Source: an uncultured Verrucomicrobiae bacterium
GTDB lineage: Bacteria; Verrucomicrobiota; Verrucomicrobiia; Chthoniobacterales; JAFAMB01
DNA length: 64,000 bases
Reading direction: 5' to 3'
NCBI GenBank assembly: GCA_963762565.1
Contig: CAVXLD010000011.1
Span: 32,001-96,000, forward strand
Part shown: positions 1-9,903 of the stretch, in pieces
Layout of the letters: each line of letters begins with the position of its first letter
Position numbering within the stretch: the stretch's first letter is position 1
The notes under the pieces: generated by a model
What the model saw: the letters and a program-made list of their open reading frames with translations, nothing else
Told to the model about the DNA's origin: nothing
Databases searched by the model: none
Program-made: the position numbers and the translations under genes

Positions 1-755
1 AGGATCTGCTCTTCAGATTTGCCTTCTAACAATCGCTCTTTCATCCAAGCCGCCCAATCTATAAGCCGGGTTTCCAGCTCTGCCAGGTGGGCCTCTGGTT
101 TCTCGCGTACCCCGAAGTGAGTAAGAACGAGTTGTGCCGGGCTAAGCGCACGAATCCGGTTCATTGATTCCTTCCATTTTTCAATGTTTACGTCCGGCGG
201 AGGACAAGGTGGAAATATTGGTCCTTTTCCAATGGCCACACCGGCAACATCCCCTGCAAACAGGGTCTTAGTTGGCTCGAACCAAAAGGCGTTGTGATGT
301 TGCGCGTGTCCGGGCGTTTCTAAGACGGTCAGCTTCAAGTCTGCCACTTGGATTTCTTGGTTGTCGGCTGTTACCGCAACGGAAGCCGCTGGGAGTCCCT
401 GAATTTCGCCCCAGAGATGACCCATTCGCTCGCCGTAAATTCGAGTCGCACTCGCCACCAATTTACCCGGATCGATCATATGCGGCGCCCCAATAGGGTG
501 AACGTGGACGGTTGTGCCGAACTCCCGCTGCCAGCGCCAAGCGCCGCCATTATGATCGAGATGAATATGGCTGGCCAGAAGGTGTTTTACATTCGCAGCA
601 CCTAAACCGCGCTGATCCAGTTCGCGAACTACGTTTTCGAACACGGTTTCCGGTCCGCAATCGATCATGACCAAGGTGCCGTCTGCCGCTTCCAGTACCG
701 CGACGCAAATCACATTGGGCGTGTTTAAGTGGAGCGCATCAATCAGGTGAAGCAT
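1..755 (-). CDS. MBL-fold metallo-hydrolase (runs off window start)
   Basis: Manual translation of the minus strand from ATG 755: MLHLIDALHLNTPNVICVAV...MIDCGP...LLASHIHLDHNGG (HxHxDH motif). Absent from the ORF track because it is truncated. Confidence 0.85.
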   Translation of the reverse strand, partial: MLHLIDALHLNTPNVICVAVLEAADGTLVMIDCGPETVFENVVRELDQRGLGAANVKHLLASHIHLDHNGGAWRWQREFGTTVHVHPIGAPHMIDPGKLVASATRIYGERMGHLWGEIQGLPAASVAVTADNQEIQVADLKLTVLETPGHAQHHNAFWFEPTKTLFAGDVAGVAIGKGPIFPPCPPPDVNIEKWKESMNRIRALSPAQLVLTHFGVREKPEAHLAELETRLIDWAAWMKERLLEGKSEEQI

Positions 756-806
756 GGCCAATCGACTACCCCAAGTACTGGATCGAGTCTAGGGCAGACC
801 GTGTCT

Positions 807-1031
807 GGCGTGTGGGCGTACGGGCGTATGCGGAGGCGCTGGGCCCTGCGAATGGATGGGACCTATGGGACTCATGGGACTAATCGGACTAATGGGACAC
901 GACCCATTGGTCTTATCGGTTCCTATAAGTCCCATTCGGTCGCAGGGCGGATACGCGGTATCGTGTGCTGCTAATTGGCAACGCCGACACGCCGAACAAA
1001 CGCCGAACGCCAAACGCCAAACGCCTCCGCA
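807..1031. repeat. Composite palindrome: GGCGTTT/AAACGCC-type short-repeat arms around GGGAC(C/T)(A/T)AT 9-mer inverted arrays (family B)
   Basis: tgcggaggcg...cgcctccgca inverted repeat; inner gggacctatgggactcatgggactaat versus ...tcctataagtcccatt. Confidence 0.75.
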
Positions 1032-1077
1032 GCACGTTTCCACTTGCCTCCAGCCTCAGACCAACAAAAACTCAGAA

Positions 1078-1842
1078 ATGGATTTCAGTGCGAAAACCGT
1101 TCTCGTTACCGGCGCTGGAAGTGGAATTGGTCGGGCCATCGCTGAGACCTTTTCGCGCCTTAAGGCTCGAGTGCTTCTTCACGATATCAATCCCGCGGCT
1201 GCTGATTTGGCGGGTAAGATTGGCGCAGAGTTTTGCCCCGGTGACTTAAGTGATCCCAGTGCGGTTCGCCGACTTGCCTCGGCCGCCCTCGAAAAGGGTG
1301 GGGGTAGAATCGATATCCTGGTGAACAATGCCGGCTTTCAGCACATCGCTAAGGTCGAGGAATTCCCCGAGGAAGCTTTTATCACCATGATTCAGGTGAT
1401 GTTGATAGCGCCATTCCAGCTCATTCGGGCGCTGTTGCCGGGTATGAAAGAGAACGGCTGGGGGCGAATCATCAATGTGGCCAGCATCCACGCCGTTGTC
1501 GCCAGCCCTTTCAAGTCGGCCTACATCAGTGCTAAACATGGTCTCCTGGGTTTGACTCGATGTGTCGCCTTAGAGGCGGCCCCGTTCGGAGTGACGGTCA
1601 ACGCCCTTTGTCCTGCTTATGTGCGAACACCGCTGGTCGAGAAACAGATTGCGGATCAAGCCCGGGAACATGGACTGACGGCGGACGAAGTCGTGCAAAA
1701 GATCATGCTCGAGCCGGCGGCTATAAAACGCTTGATTGAGCCTTCCGAAATCGCTGATTTTGTCTTGTATCTCTGTTCTGAGCCTGGGGCGATTATCACC
1801 GGTAGCGCACAGATGCTCGACCTGGGGTGGACCGCCAGATAA
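1078..1842 (+). CDS. bdhA: 3-hydroxybutyrate dehydrogenase (SDR)
   Basis: TGAGSGIG, NNAGFQH, SPFKSAYISAKHG and CPAYVRTPLVEKQI motifs. The ORF-track extension from 856 is repeat-derived. Confidence 0.85.
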   Translation: MDFSAKTVLVTGAGSGIGRAIAETFSRLKARVLLHDINPAAADLAGKIGAEFCPGDLSDPSAVRRLASAALEKGGGRIDILVNNAGFQHIAKVEEFPEEAFITMIQVMLIAPFQLIRALLPGMKENGWGRIINVASIHAVVASPFKSAYISAKHGLLGLTRCVALEAAPFGVTVNALCPAYVRTPLVEKQIADQAREHGLTADEVVQKIMLEPAAIKRLIEPSEIADFVLYLCSEPGAIITGSAQMLDLGWTAR

Positions 1843-1888
1843 GCCTGCGACCCGGCAAATGTAAGACGCATTTGCCGGGTTGCAGGCT
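1842..1888. repeat. 47-nt hairpin, family N (AGCCTGC-N8/9-AAATG-loop-CATTT-N'-GCAGGCT)
   Basis: Near-perfect palindrome; same scaffold at 2101, 2824, 3060 and 8484. Confidence 0.85.
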
Positions 1889-2100
1889 ATGGCAGCCGAA
1901 CACTCCGGCTACGCCGGAACACTGGGCTGCTGTTTTCGCAAAAAACAAGGAATTTGGATCGTCGCTTTTCTTGAATCGGGGTAATAAGACCGTGCCTGCT
2001 TAGATCCATATCACGTGCATTTTGTCGTAAATTTACCAAAAACTCGTAGGCGAAGGATCCGTCTCCGCGATGTCGCGGAGACGGGTCCTTCGCCTGTCAT

Positions 2101-2149
2101 AGCCTGCATCGCGTACAAATGCCTGACGCATTTGTACGCGATGCAGGCT
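2101..2149. repeat. 49-nt hairpin, family N (reverse orientation)
   Basis: agcctgcatcgcgtacaaatg-cctgacg-catttgtacgcgatgcaggct. Confidence 0.85.
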
Positions 2150-2194
2150 TGCGTACAGAGGGGCAAATCCTTTATCGATAGCCAGTACCACCAG

Positions 2195-2821
2195 ATGAAA
2201 CACTTACTTCACGGCCTGAGCGCTTGCCGTTTTTGTCTTTTTCTAGCCTTTTTAGTGCTTGGTTGGGTGCCAGCGCAGGCTGACTTTCTATGGTTCAAGC
2301 AGCAGCAGAAGGCTCAGGTGACGCCTCCGAGCCAGTTGCTCAATAAGCAACAGCCCGCCATCTTCAATCGCGAAGTTTACGACCGCCTGAACCCCGAGAA
2401 TGTAAACATTCTGGTGTCCCTCTCCCGGCAACGTCTGTACGTGACACTCGGGCAGGATGTCGCCATTGATAGCCCGATCTCTTCCGGCAAAGCTGCCCGT
2501 AGAACCCCGAGCGGCAATTTCACCGTTCTGCAAAAAGATCCAGACCATCGTTCGAGCGTGTACGGTAATTTCGTTGATTCCAGCGGGCGGATCGTGCGAG
2601 GTGGAGTCAGCGCACTAATCGATGCGGCTCCGAGCGGTAGCCATTTTGAAGGCGCACCCATGAGATGGTTCATGCGGTTAACCTGGGAAGGTGTAGGGAT
2701 GCACGTAGGAATACTACCGGGTTATGCTGCCTCCCATGGTTGTATCCGGCTTCCCGCAGAGGTCGCTCAAGCGTTATACGCCAAAGTGAAGGTTGGTACT
2801 CCCGTAAAGGTAGTCGACTAA
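2195..2821 (+). CDS. L,D-transpeptidase (YkuD family), exported
   Basis: Signal peptide; SPISSG, TPSGNF and GMHVGILPGYAASHGCIRL (catalytic His/Cys). Confidence 0.9.
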   Translation: MKHLLHGLSACRFCLFLAFLVLGWVPAQADFLWFKQQQKAQVTPPSQLLNKQQPAIFNREVYDRLNPENVNILVSLSRQRLYVTLGQDVAIDSPISSGKAARRTPSGNFTVLQKDPDHRSSVYGNFVDSSGRIVRGGVSALIDAAPSGSHFEGAPMRWFMRLTWEGVGMHVGILPGYAASHGCIRLPAEVAQALYAKVKVGTPVKVVD

Positions 2822-2823
2822 GC

Positions 2824-2872
2824 AGCCTGCGCCGCTGCTAAATGCGTCAGGCATTTAGCAGCGGCGCAGGCT
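2824..2872. repeat. 49-nt hairpin, family N
   Basis: agcctgcgccgctgctaaatg-cgtcagg-catttagcagcggcgcaggct. Confidence 0.85.
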
Positions 2873-3059
2873 ATGGCAAGAGACGGTCCTAACGGCGGGA
2901 CCATCTCTTGCAGTCCCGATGAGACTAACCGTCACGACTGACCTAGCAACACCGCGCCCGATGTTAGCTTTGTCGCTCAGAATCCCCCTATTTCGAATGT
3001 CCTTCTTTTCAAAACCAAGCCGCAGAATGCTCGGCGTAGTCCGGGCATTCTGCGGTTAC

Positions 3060-3108
3060 AGCCTGCGCCTTTCGCAAATGACAGATGCATTTGCGAAAGG
3101 CGCAGGCT
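3060..3108. repeat. 49-nt hairpin, family N (reverse orientation)
   Basis: agcctgcgcctttcgcaaatg-acagatg-catttgcgaaaggcgcaggct. Confidence 0.85.
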
Positions 3109-3147
3109 CTTGACAGATCTAGTTCCCCAATTGATAGGGTTCGTTTG

Positions 3148-4302
3148 ATGTCATCTCCCCTCAGGTTCAATTTCTCCAAATTCCCAGAAGGTGGTCTAAT
3201 AATTGTAATACTAGTTTTGGGAATCTTGCTGTCGATTTTCGGCGGTGAGGTGCAGCGTCCGAAAATGATAATGGGGCCTGACGGTCATCTGACCAGGGCC
3301 ATGGAAAAGGACGCCTCTGGCCAAGAAACCCCTGCATTCATCAAGGTAAATAACTTCTTTAACGCCGAAACGCTGACCCAGATTGCCAAAGACACTAGCT
3401 TCTTCGCGATCATGGCGGTCGGTGTGACCATAGTGATCATCACCGCTGGCATCGATCTCTCTGTCGGCTCGGTCTATGCTTTGGCTGCCGTGGGCGGCGC
3501 TATGTTCATGAACCAATTTGGTTCTGATGGTGGGCCGGCGGGTGCTCTGGGAGGTGTCTTGGTTACCCTTTTAGTAGCCTTTGTTTGTGGGGCGCTTAAC
3601 GGGATCATGATCGTCGGGTTCAACGTACACCCATTTATTATCACCCTTGGCACTATGGCGATCTATCGGGGAATTGCCTTTGTGCTGACCAACGGCCAAT
3701 CGATAGGCGGCTTTCCCCAAGACTTCCGCGACTTTGTACGGCAAGGGGTAATCGGTGATCTGAGCTTGGTGCCTTTAATTGTGATGATACTGGTGTGCAT
3801 TGTCGGCGGAATCTTCCTAGCGAGAATGGCCATCGGTCGCAAAGTTTATGCGATTGGAGGCAACGAAACCGCGAGCCGGTATAGCGGGATCAGAGTAGCG
3901 AGAGTTAAACTACTAGCCTACATAATCAGTGGACTCACCGCTGGTATTGCCGCCGTACTAGCCCTGGGATACTATGGAGCTGCATCTTCCGGGGACGGTC
4001 AGGGTTACGAGTTAACCGTGATAGCCGGAGCGGTAGTAGGCGGCGCCTCGCTGTTCGGAGGTAAAGGCAGCGCCCTGGGAGCGGTGTTAGGCGCTATCAT
4101 CTTACAGATGATTGCAACCGGCATCGTTATCATCGGAATTCCCCAAAGCTATAGCCAAATCGTAACCGGCGTCGTCGTGATAACGGCGGTATTGCTCGAC
4201 CAATTCAATCGTTGGATCAGCGATCGGCGACTGCTGGCCCAGACGGCCCATATCAAGAAAGAGGTCGTGGAAGCGTCCGACACTCCGGTTTCCGTCAACT
4301 AG
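3148..4302 (+). CDS. Sugar ABC transporter permease (RbsC-like)
   Basis: AGIDLSVGS, PFIITLGT, YAIGGNETASRYSGI and GYELTVIAGAVVGGASL motifs. Confidence 0.9.
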   Translation: MSSPLRFNFSKFPEGGLIIVILVLGILLSIFGGEVQRPKMIMGPDGHLTRAMEKDASGQETPAFIKVNNFFNAETLTQIAKDTSFFAIMAVGVTIVIITAGIDLSVGSVYALAAVGGAMFMNQFGSDGGPAGALGGVLVTLLVAFVCGALNGIMIVGFNVHPFIITLGTMAIYRGIAFVLTNGQSIGGFPQDFRDFVRQGVIGDLSLVPLIVMILVCIVGGIFLARMAIGRKVYAIGGNETASRYSGIRVARVKLLAYIISGLTAGIAAVLALGYYGAASSGDGQGYELTVIAGAVVGGASLFGGKGSALGAVLGAIILQMIATGIVIIGIPQSYSQIVTGVVVITAVLLDQFNRWISDRRLLAQTAHIKKEVVEASDTPVSVN

Positions 4303-4327
4303 TCTTTCCTAACAACCCCCAAAAAAC

Positions 4328-5290
4328 ATGATAAAAAAAATAACATTAACGGTTACAAGCCTCGTTGGCTTGTTGGCAGCAACTGGTTTTGCTGCCGAAA
4401 AAACGTACGTATTCGGCATTGTTGCCAAGTCCAACAATAACCCCGTCTTCCAAGCCGCGAAGACCGGAGCCGAAGACGAAGCTAAGAAACTAAGCGCGGA
4501 ACACGGAGTTAACGTCAAGGTCGATTGGCGCACACCAAATGAGGAAGATCCTCAGAAGCAGGTGCAGGCAATCGAACAGTTAGTTAACGAGGGAGCCGCC
4601 GGCATTGCCGTCAGCTGTTCGGACGCGAACAAATTGACCGACGCTATCAATAGCGCCGTGGCCAAAGGTGTTCCGGTGGTTTGCTTCGACTCCGATGCTC
4701 CTAAGAGCAAGCGCTTAGCGGACTTTGGTACCGACGACATCGATTGCGGTCACAAAGTGATGGAACAACTCGCCAAAGAAATGGGCGAGAAAGGTGTTGT
4801 GGCTATCCTAGCCGGTAACCAGAATGCACCGAACCTGCAGAAGCGAGTGGCAGGTGTTAAAGAGGTAGCCAAGAATTATCCGGGCATCAAAATCCTTGAT
4901 ACCTTCTACCATAAGGAAACCCCGCAGGACGCAGCCGCCGAAGTAGAAACCGTGCAACAAGCGCATCCGGAGATCACTGGATGGGCGATGGTTGGCGGTT
5001 GGCCGCTCTTCACTGACAATGCGCTAAAGTTTGCGCCAGGCTCAGTAAAGGTAGTCGCAGTCGACGCGTTACCCGCCGAGTTGGGTTACCTGCGTGACGG
5101 TCACGTTCAAGTGCTATTGGCCCAACAGGTTTACGAGTGGGGTACCACTTCTGTTGATCTGCTGTATGCCAAAGCTGCCGAGAACAAGAATCCGCCATCG
5201 AGCTTCGTCAAAGGTCAATTGATCCCTGTGACCAAAGATAACGTCGACGAGTACGCTAAGAACTGGGATAAGTGGCTGCCAAAGAAGTAG
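4328..5290 (+). CDS. Sugar ABC transporter substrate-binding protein (RbsB-like)
   Basis: Signal peptide; NNPVF and GVPVVCFDSD; periplasmic binding protein type 1; operon context. Confidence 0.9.
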   Translation: MIKKITLTVTSLVGLLAATGFAAEKTYVFGIVAKSNNNPVFQAAKTGAEDEAKKLSAEHGVNVKVDWRTPNEEDPQKQVQAIEQLVNEGAAGIAVSCSDANKLTDAINSAVAKGVPVVCFDSDAPKSKRLADFGTDDIDCGHKVMEQLAKEMGEKGVVAILAGNQNAPNLQKRVAGVKEVAKNYPGIKILDTFYHKETPQDAAAEVETVQQAHPEITGWAMVGGWPLFTDNALKFAPGSVKVVAVDALPAELGYLRDGHVQVLLAQQVYEWGTTSVDLLYAKAAENKNPPSSFVKGQLIPVTKDNVDEYAKNWDKWLPKK

Positions 5291-5316
5291 GCACGCAATA
5301 CTAACCTACTAACATT

Positions 5317-5349
5317 TGCTCCCGGAGTTCGTGCTGAGCTCCGGGAGCA
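5317..5349 (+). terminator. Stem-loop after the binding-protein gene (intra-operon stabiliser or terminator)
   Basis: tgctcccggag...ctccgggagca; no strong U-tract. Confidence 0.5.
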
Positions 5350-5360
5350 GTCTTGAAAAG

Positions 5361-5487
5361 GTGATTAGTGATTGGTGATTGGTGATTAGTGGAAGATCCC
5401 GCATGGCGGAATGTCGATACGAAACTCGAGCTCGCTAGCTAGTCACACCCGTCTTCCACCAATCACCAATCACCAATCACTTCTCAC
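5361..5487. repeat. Heptamer-arm palindrome, family F: (GTGATTG)n ... (CAATCAC)n
   Basis: Arms 5361-5396 and 5452-5487; the right arm ends 2 nt before ATG 5490. Confidence 0.85.
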
Positions 5488-5489
5488 TA

Positions 5490-6965
5490 ATGCCCTTCCT
5501 CTCGGTCTCAAAAATTACTAAATACTTCCCGGGTGTTCGGGCGTTAGACGACGTCTCTGTTGATTTTGAGAAAGGGACAGTTCACGCGTTAATGGGTGAG
5601 AATGGTGCCGGCAAGAGTACGCTCGGCAAAATCATTGCCGGGATTTATACGGCGGACCAAGGAACTATCCATATCGAAGGAGAAGAGGTCCGGCCGACGG
5701 ATCCATTGACTGCCCAAAAGCTAGGTATCGCCATCGTCCATCAGGAACTAGCATTCTGCCCAAACTTAAGCGTGGCCGAGAATCTACAACTCGGGACGAT
5801 GCCGACCAGTAGAGGGTTTGTACGGCGAGACCGCTTACGGGAGCGGGCTCGAGAATTGATGCATGAAATCGGAGTCGATATGGATGTTACCACCCCGGTT
5901 GCGCAGCTCACGACTGGCCAAGAACAAATGGTACAGATTGCGGCGGCAGTCGGCGTGAACGCGCGGATTATTATTTTCGACGAACCAACCAGCTCGCTTT
6001 CAGTTCACGAGAGTGAGCAACTGTTTAGTCTGATGCGACGCCTGAAGGCGCGAGGCGCTACGTTGATCTACGTCTCGCATCGGATGGAGGAAATCTTTCA
6101 GTTAGCCGATACCGTAACCGTGCTACGGGATGGACAGCATGTGGCCACAGAACCTGTCACTAACCTGAGCCGGGAAAAACTGATTCGCCAAATGGTCGGA
6201 CGCGATGTGCTGGCTCATCGTCCAAACCACCTGGATCTTGCCCCGGGAGAGGAGATCCTGCGAATTGAGCACCTTTCGTCCATTGGGCAGTTTGAAAACG
6301 TTGGTTTCTCGGTGCGTCGCAACGAAATCGTCGGTATGGCCGGTCTAGTGGGAGCCGGCCGGACGGCGGTGGCCAAAGCGATTTTCGGATTGGATAAACG
6401 GGCGACAGGCCAGGTCTTTATCAAAGGTAACCCGGTTGCTTTAGGTAATGTTAATCGGTCGATGAAGAACCGCATCGGCTATCTCCCTGAGGACCGAAAG
6501 AAAGAGGGATTAGTATTGTCCTTGAATATCTCGGACAACGTCTCGTTGCCGCACATCGACACATTTAGCCGGTTTGGATTTGTGGATCATCGTCGAGAGC
6601 TTCAGGAGGTTGAGCGACTAACAAAACGGCTAAGGGTCAAGGCGCCCTCGATCGATTCCATTACAGCCGGCCTCAGCGGTGGCAATCAACAAAAGGTGGC
6701 GATTGCAAAATGGTTGGCGCGAAGTTGCGACCTTCTGATCGTGGATGAGCCGACCAGAGGAGTCGATGTCGGCGCCAAGGCTGAGATCTATCAATTGCTG
6801 GATGAAGTGACCTGCCAAGGGCTAGCCGTTCTCATGATTTCTTCTGAGTTACCCGAGTTACTCAGCTTGAGCCGCCGAATCATCGTCATGCGCGAAGGTT
6901 ACGTAACCGGCGAACTAGCCCATGAGCAGTTTTCGCAGGAAAACGTCCTCAATTTGATGGCGTAG
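5490..6965 (+). CDS. Sugar ABC transporter ATP-binding protein (RbsA-like, two ABC domains)
   Basis: GENGAGKST, DEPTSSL, LSGGNQQKV and DEPTRGVDVGAK. Confidence 0.95.
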   Translation: MPFLSVSKITKYFPGVRALDDVSVDFEKGTVHALMGENGAGKSTLGKIIAGIYTADQGTIHIEGEEVRPTDPLTAQKLGIAIVHQELAFCPNLSVAENLQLGTMPTSRGFVRRDRLRERARELMHEIGVDMDVTTPVAQLTTGQEQMVQIAAAVGVNARIIIFDEPTSSLSVHESEQLFSLMRRLKARGATLIYVSHRMEEIFQLADTVTVLRDGQHVATEPVTNLSREKLIRQMVGRDVLAHRPNHLDLAPGEEILRIEHLSSIGQFENVGFSVRRNEIVGMAGLVGAGRTAVAKAIFGLDKRATGQVFIKGNPVALGNVNRSMKNRIGYLPEDRKKEGLVLSLNISDNVSLPHIDTFSRFGFVDHRRELQEVERLTKRLRVKAPSIDSITAGLSGGNQQKVAIAKWLARSCDLLIVDEPTRGVDVGAKAEIYQLLDEVTCQGLAVLMISSELPELLSLSRRIIVMREGYVTGELAHEQFSQENVLNLMA

Positions 6966-6966
6966 T

Positions 6967-7264
6967 TTGGTGGGGCGAGGCTCCTGAATTCCTTGGTAGG
7001 GCGAGGCTCCCGATTGTACTGACACGGTTCGCAGCGTCGCACCGCTTATCCGATCGCCGGTCGCGCTATTTCGAGCGACCGCCGAGCCGTCGCCCAGCGC
7101 GTGCCATGTTCCTCGGTCAAACATGCTGCCACGTCGAGGAAGCGGCTCGGCGATCTCTTCGGCGTTATACACGACAAGGCTATTCAAGCCGCCGTTCTCT
7201 GCGAACTCTGTCAGGCCATTCGGGAGCCTCGCCCTACCAATGCACTGGAGCCTCGCCCTACCAA
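6967..7264. repeat. REPIN-like element, family A, with doubled ends
   Basis: ttggt(a/g)gggcgaggctcc twice (6967, 6993), then gccgagccg/cggctcggc, then ggagcctcgccctaccaa twice (7223, 7247). Confidence 0.9.
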
Positions 7265-7265
7265 A

Positions 7266-8492
7266 TCAGCGCCGCAACAATCGCTTCCTCAACAAATCTA
7301 ACGCCGACTGTGTTACCATCTGCTTAAACGTCGCCCGATCTGTCGGAAAAAATAGGCTTTCGACCTGCGACGGTCCGTCAGCCGCTGCCAGTCCAACGAA
7401 TACCGTGCCAACTGGCTTCTCCGGTGTCCCGCCGTCCGGTCCAGCAATGCCGGTTGTCGACAAAGCATAGGTCGTACCGGCGCGAGCTCGAGCGCCTTCG
7501 GCCATGGCTAAAGCCACCTCTTTGCTGACCGCGCCCACCCGATTCAAGAGCTCCGTTGAGACGCCCAGGGTACGAGTTTTTGCGGCATTCGAGTAGGTCA
7601 CATTCCCTTCCAGAAACACCGCCGACGCTCCCGGAACATTCGTGAAGCGATTTGCCAGTAATCCACCCGTACACGATTCGGCCACGGCGATCGTTGCTCC
7701 TTGCTGTGAGAGCAGCCGTACCACAACCGCTTCTAATTCGCTTCCGTCCTCACTGACGATGTGGTCGGAAAGACGGGCCCGAACGATTTGGGTCCCGTGA
7801 AGCACGCTTTCCAAAGACCCAATCAGCCGAAGATCCAATTCACCGATTCGGGCGCAATAACCAAGCTCCAAACCTTCGATGGCGGCGAGATCTGCCCCAA
7901 TCAATTCCTGAGCAAGCGATTCACCTAGCCCCACCGTTTTAAACACAGCCGCCGTCAGATCGGTAGTTCCCACTAACGTTCGAATGAGCGGGCTTGCATA
8001 TCGGTCAAACATCGGGCGCAACTCTCGAGGTGGACCGGGCAAGAGTATCAGATGCGGCAGTTTTGCGGTGGCGGGAACATAAAGACCAGGCGCGGTACCA
8101 TGATCGTTCGGCAGAACCTGGGCGCCTTTCGGGACGTAAGCCTGTCGAGAGATAGGATCTGTCAGCCTCAACCCTCGTTTCTCAAATCTTTCTCTGATTT
8201 TAGCGAAGATCGTTTCGTCATGCTCCAAGGAGCGCCCAGTTAGCTCGGCTACTATTTCGCGGGTGACATCGTCGGTGGTAGGTCCGAGCCCTCCGGTGAT
8301 CAGAATCAATTGACACCGTGGCGCGGCTTCGAGAATTGCATCCCGGATAGCATTCCCATCGGGAACGGTCGTTTGGCGCGAGATCCTTAACCCCAGCGAG
8401 AACAGTTGTTGCCCGAGAAATGCGAGGTGCGTGTTCACCACCGAACCGAAAAGAAGCTCCGTGCCGGTATTGACTAGTTCGGTAGCCTGCAT
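7266..8492 (-). CDS. cinA: Competence/damage-inducible protein A (MoCF-binding plus NMN deamidase domains)
   Basis: GTELLFG, TGGLGPTTDD, LPGPPRE, AESCTGG and TGIAGPDGG. Confidence 0.95.
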   Translation of the reverse strand: MQATELVNTGTELLFGSVVNTHLAFLGQQLFSLGLRISRQTTVPDGNAIRDAILEAAPRCQLILITGGLGPTTDDVTREIVAELTGRSLEHDETIFAKIRERFEKRGLRLTDPISRQAYVPKGAQVLPNDHGTAPGLYVPATAKLPHLILLPGPPRELRPMFDRYASPLIRTLVGTTDLTAAVFKTVGLGESLAQELIGADLAAIEGLELGYCARIGELDLRLIGSLESVLHGTQIVRARLSDHIVSEDGSELEAVVVRLLSQQGATIAVAESCTGGLLANRFTNVPGASAVFLEGNVTYSNAAKTRTLGVSTELLNRVGAVSKEVALAMAEGARARAGTTYALSTTGIAGPDGGTPEKPVGTVFVGLAAADGPSQVESLFFPTDRATFKQMVTQSALDLLRKRLLRR

Positions 8493-8532
8493 CGCTCACA
8501 AATGCGTCAGGCATTTGTGAGCGATGCAGGCT
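8484..8532. repeat. 49-nt hairpin, family N, overlapping the cinA start codon
   Basis: agcctgcatcgctcacaaatg-cgtcagg-catttgtgagcgatgcaggct, followed by a ccggctacgccgg module as at ~1905. Confidence 0.85.
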
Positions 8533-8616
8533 ACGGCGATAGAATGACCCGGCTACGCCGGAACATTCTATCGGCTTTTAGAGTAGAGAATCTGAAACAG
8601 TTCTTCATTTTCAGGC

Positions 8617-9441
8617 TCATGAGTCTTTAACCAATGATAACCAATTGGAGACCATGCCGCGGTATTCCTGATGTTCTTCGTGTTCTAGGATATAAAGCAG
8701 ATTGGAAAGGATATGGGCTAGGATCACTTTCGGTGAGACTACAGCCGAGATGGCAGCAACTGATTCATCCCTTTTGTCGCGCAGAGCTTTCAGACAATCT
8801 TGATAGCGCAAAATGCAGCCTCCTTCGAAAGGATCGAACAGTTGACCTTGATAACGCACCAGGAAATGCCCCGGTAAGTCCACTCCCGTAATGACGAGGC
8901 CGGCTCGCCTGCCAACAAAGAGATAAATCAGGGCTAATGATGTCGGTATACCTCGTCGCGAATCGATTACACAAGGCAGCAGCGAGTTCCGGATGCTATA
9001 ATAATCGTCGGAATTGCCGCGAAAGCCCAAGTAACTACCGAAAAAGTCAGTCAGAAATCCAGTCTGCTCAGCTTCAGAACTTAAATTCTCACTCCGGTGC
9101 CGCATTTCTGCAGCCCATTCGTCCAACAAACGCCGGTAACGGGACAAATCGATGCCCGGAAGGAAAACTTTGGCCAGCAGCCAGCAAATCTCCTCGAGAT
9201 CGTCCAGAGAAGAGATAGAAGCACAGGTTTTTGTGAATTGTTGGCGCGCGTCGGTGACCTCAATCTCTGTTACCAGCTCGCGAACGACTTTGGCTAGTTT
9301 TCCGCTCGTAGCGCCCATGAGATCAAGCAGGTCCGCAATATTCCTAGCTCCTCCTGCCAGGAGCTGCTGCTTAGTCAATTCGACCGTCGCCGGATCGTCA
9401 TCCAACAACAGCTTTGCGATAGCCTTATGCTGGGGGAACAT
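8617..9441 (-). CDS. SirB1 / transglutaminase-like core domain protein
   Basis: GFRGNSDDYY..NSLL..VIDSRRGIP.SL, GVDLPGHFLV and FDPF motifs. Confidence 0.85.
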   Translation of the reverse strand: MFPQHKAIAKLLLDDDPATVELTKQQLLAGGARNIADLLDLMGATSGKLAKVVRELVTEIEVTDARQQFTKTCASISSLDDLEEICWLLAKVFLPGIDLSRYRRLLDEWAAEMRHRSENLSSEAEQTGFLTDFFGSYLGFRGNSDDYYSIRNSLLPCVIDSRRGIPTSLALIYLFVGRRAGLVITGVDLPGHFLVRYQGQLFDPFEGGCILRYQDCLKALRDKRDESVAAISAVVSPKVILAHILSNLLYILEHEEHQEYRGMVSNWLSLVKDS

Positions 9442-9548
9442 AGGAAAACGGTTTGTGGTTAGCGGTTTGTAGTTTCCTGTTGCCGGTTTGCGGTCTTACC
9501 CACCAGTCACCAATCACTAATCACCTCTCACTTTTCACTCTCACGCCG

Positions 9549-9903
9549 TTATAGCGCGAGCTTAGGCGCGTCGCTCCATAAATTTTCCAAAGCATAAAAT
9601 TCACGTTTATCGCTGTGGAAAATATGCACTAACACGTCGGAATAATCGATTACGATCCACTGGCTATTTGGTGACCCCTCTGAGGCCAAAGGCGATAAGC
9701 CGTAGTCTTTGTGGAGGCCCTCCCGAATGCCCGAACTGACCGCCTTCAAATGTGGTTCGGATGTCGCCGAACAAATAACGAAATAGTCGGTGAAACTAGA
9801 AATGCCACGGAGGTCGAGAATAATGATATCCTCCGCCTTCTTATCTCCCGCCAGTTCCGCACACTGGCGCGCTAACTCCTCAGGGCCGATACGCGCTCTC
9901 CAT
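9549..9903 (-). CDS. rsfS: Ribosome silencing factor; ATG at 9903 is 1 nt out of frame with the body
   Basis: Manual translation IGPEELARQCAELAGDKKAEDIIILDLRGISSFTDYFVICSATSEPH...WIVIDYSDVLVHIF...REFYALENLW; follows nadD. Confidence 0.85.

Noticed and set aside
856..1077. N-terminal ORF extensions (also 13773, 18998, 47396, 57519 and 54706-54987 minus)
   Set aside because: They translate repeats or the opposite gene (MGPMGLMGL, GASPYQ, PNAKRQ); family homology starts at downstream starts.
9888..9903. Non-canonical start or recoding of rsfS
   Set aside because: The ATG is 1 nt off frame in a window with many 1-bp indels; it cannot be separated from error without reads.
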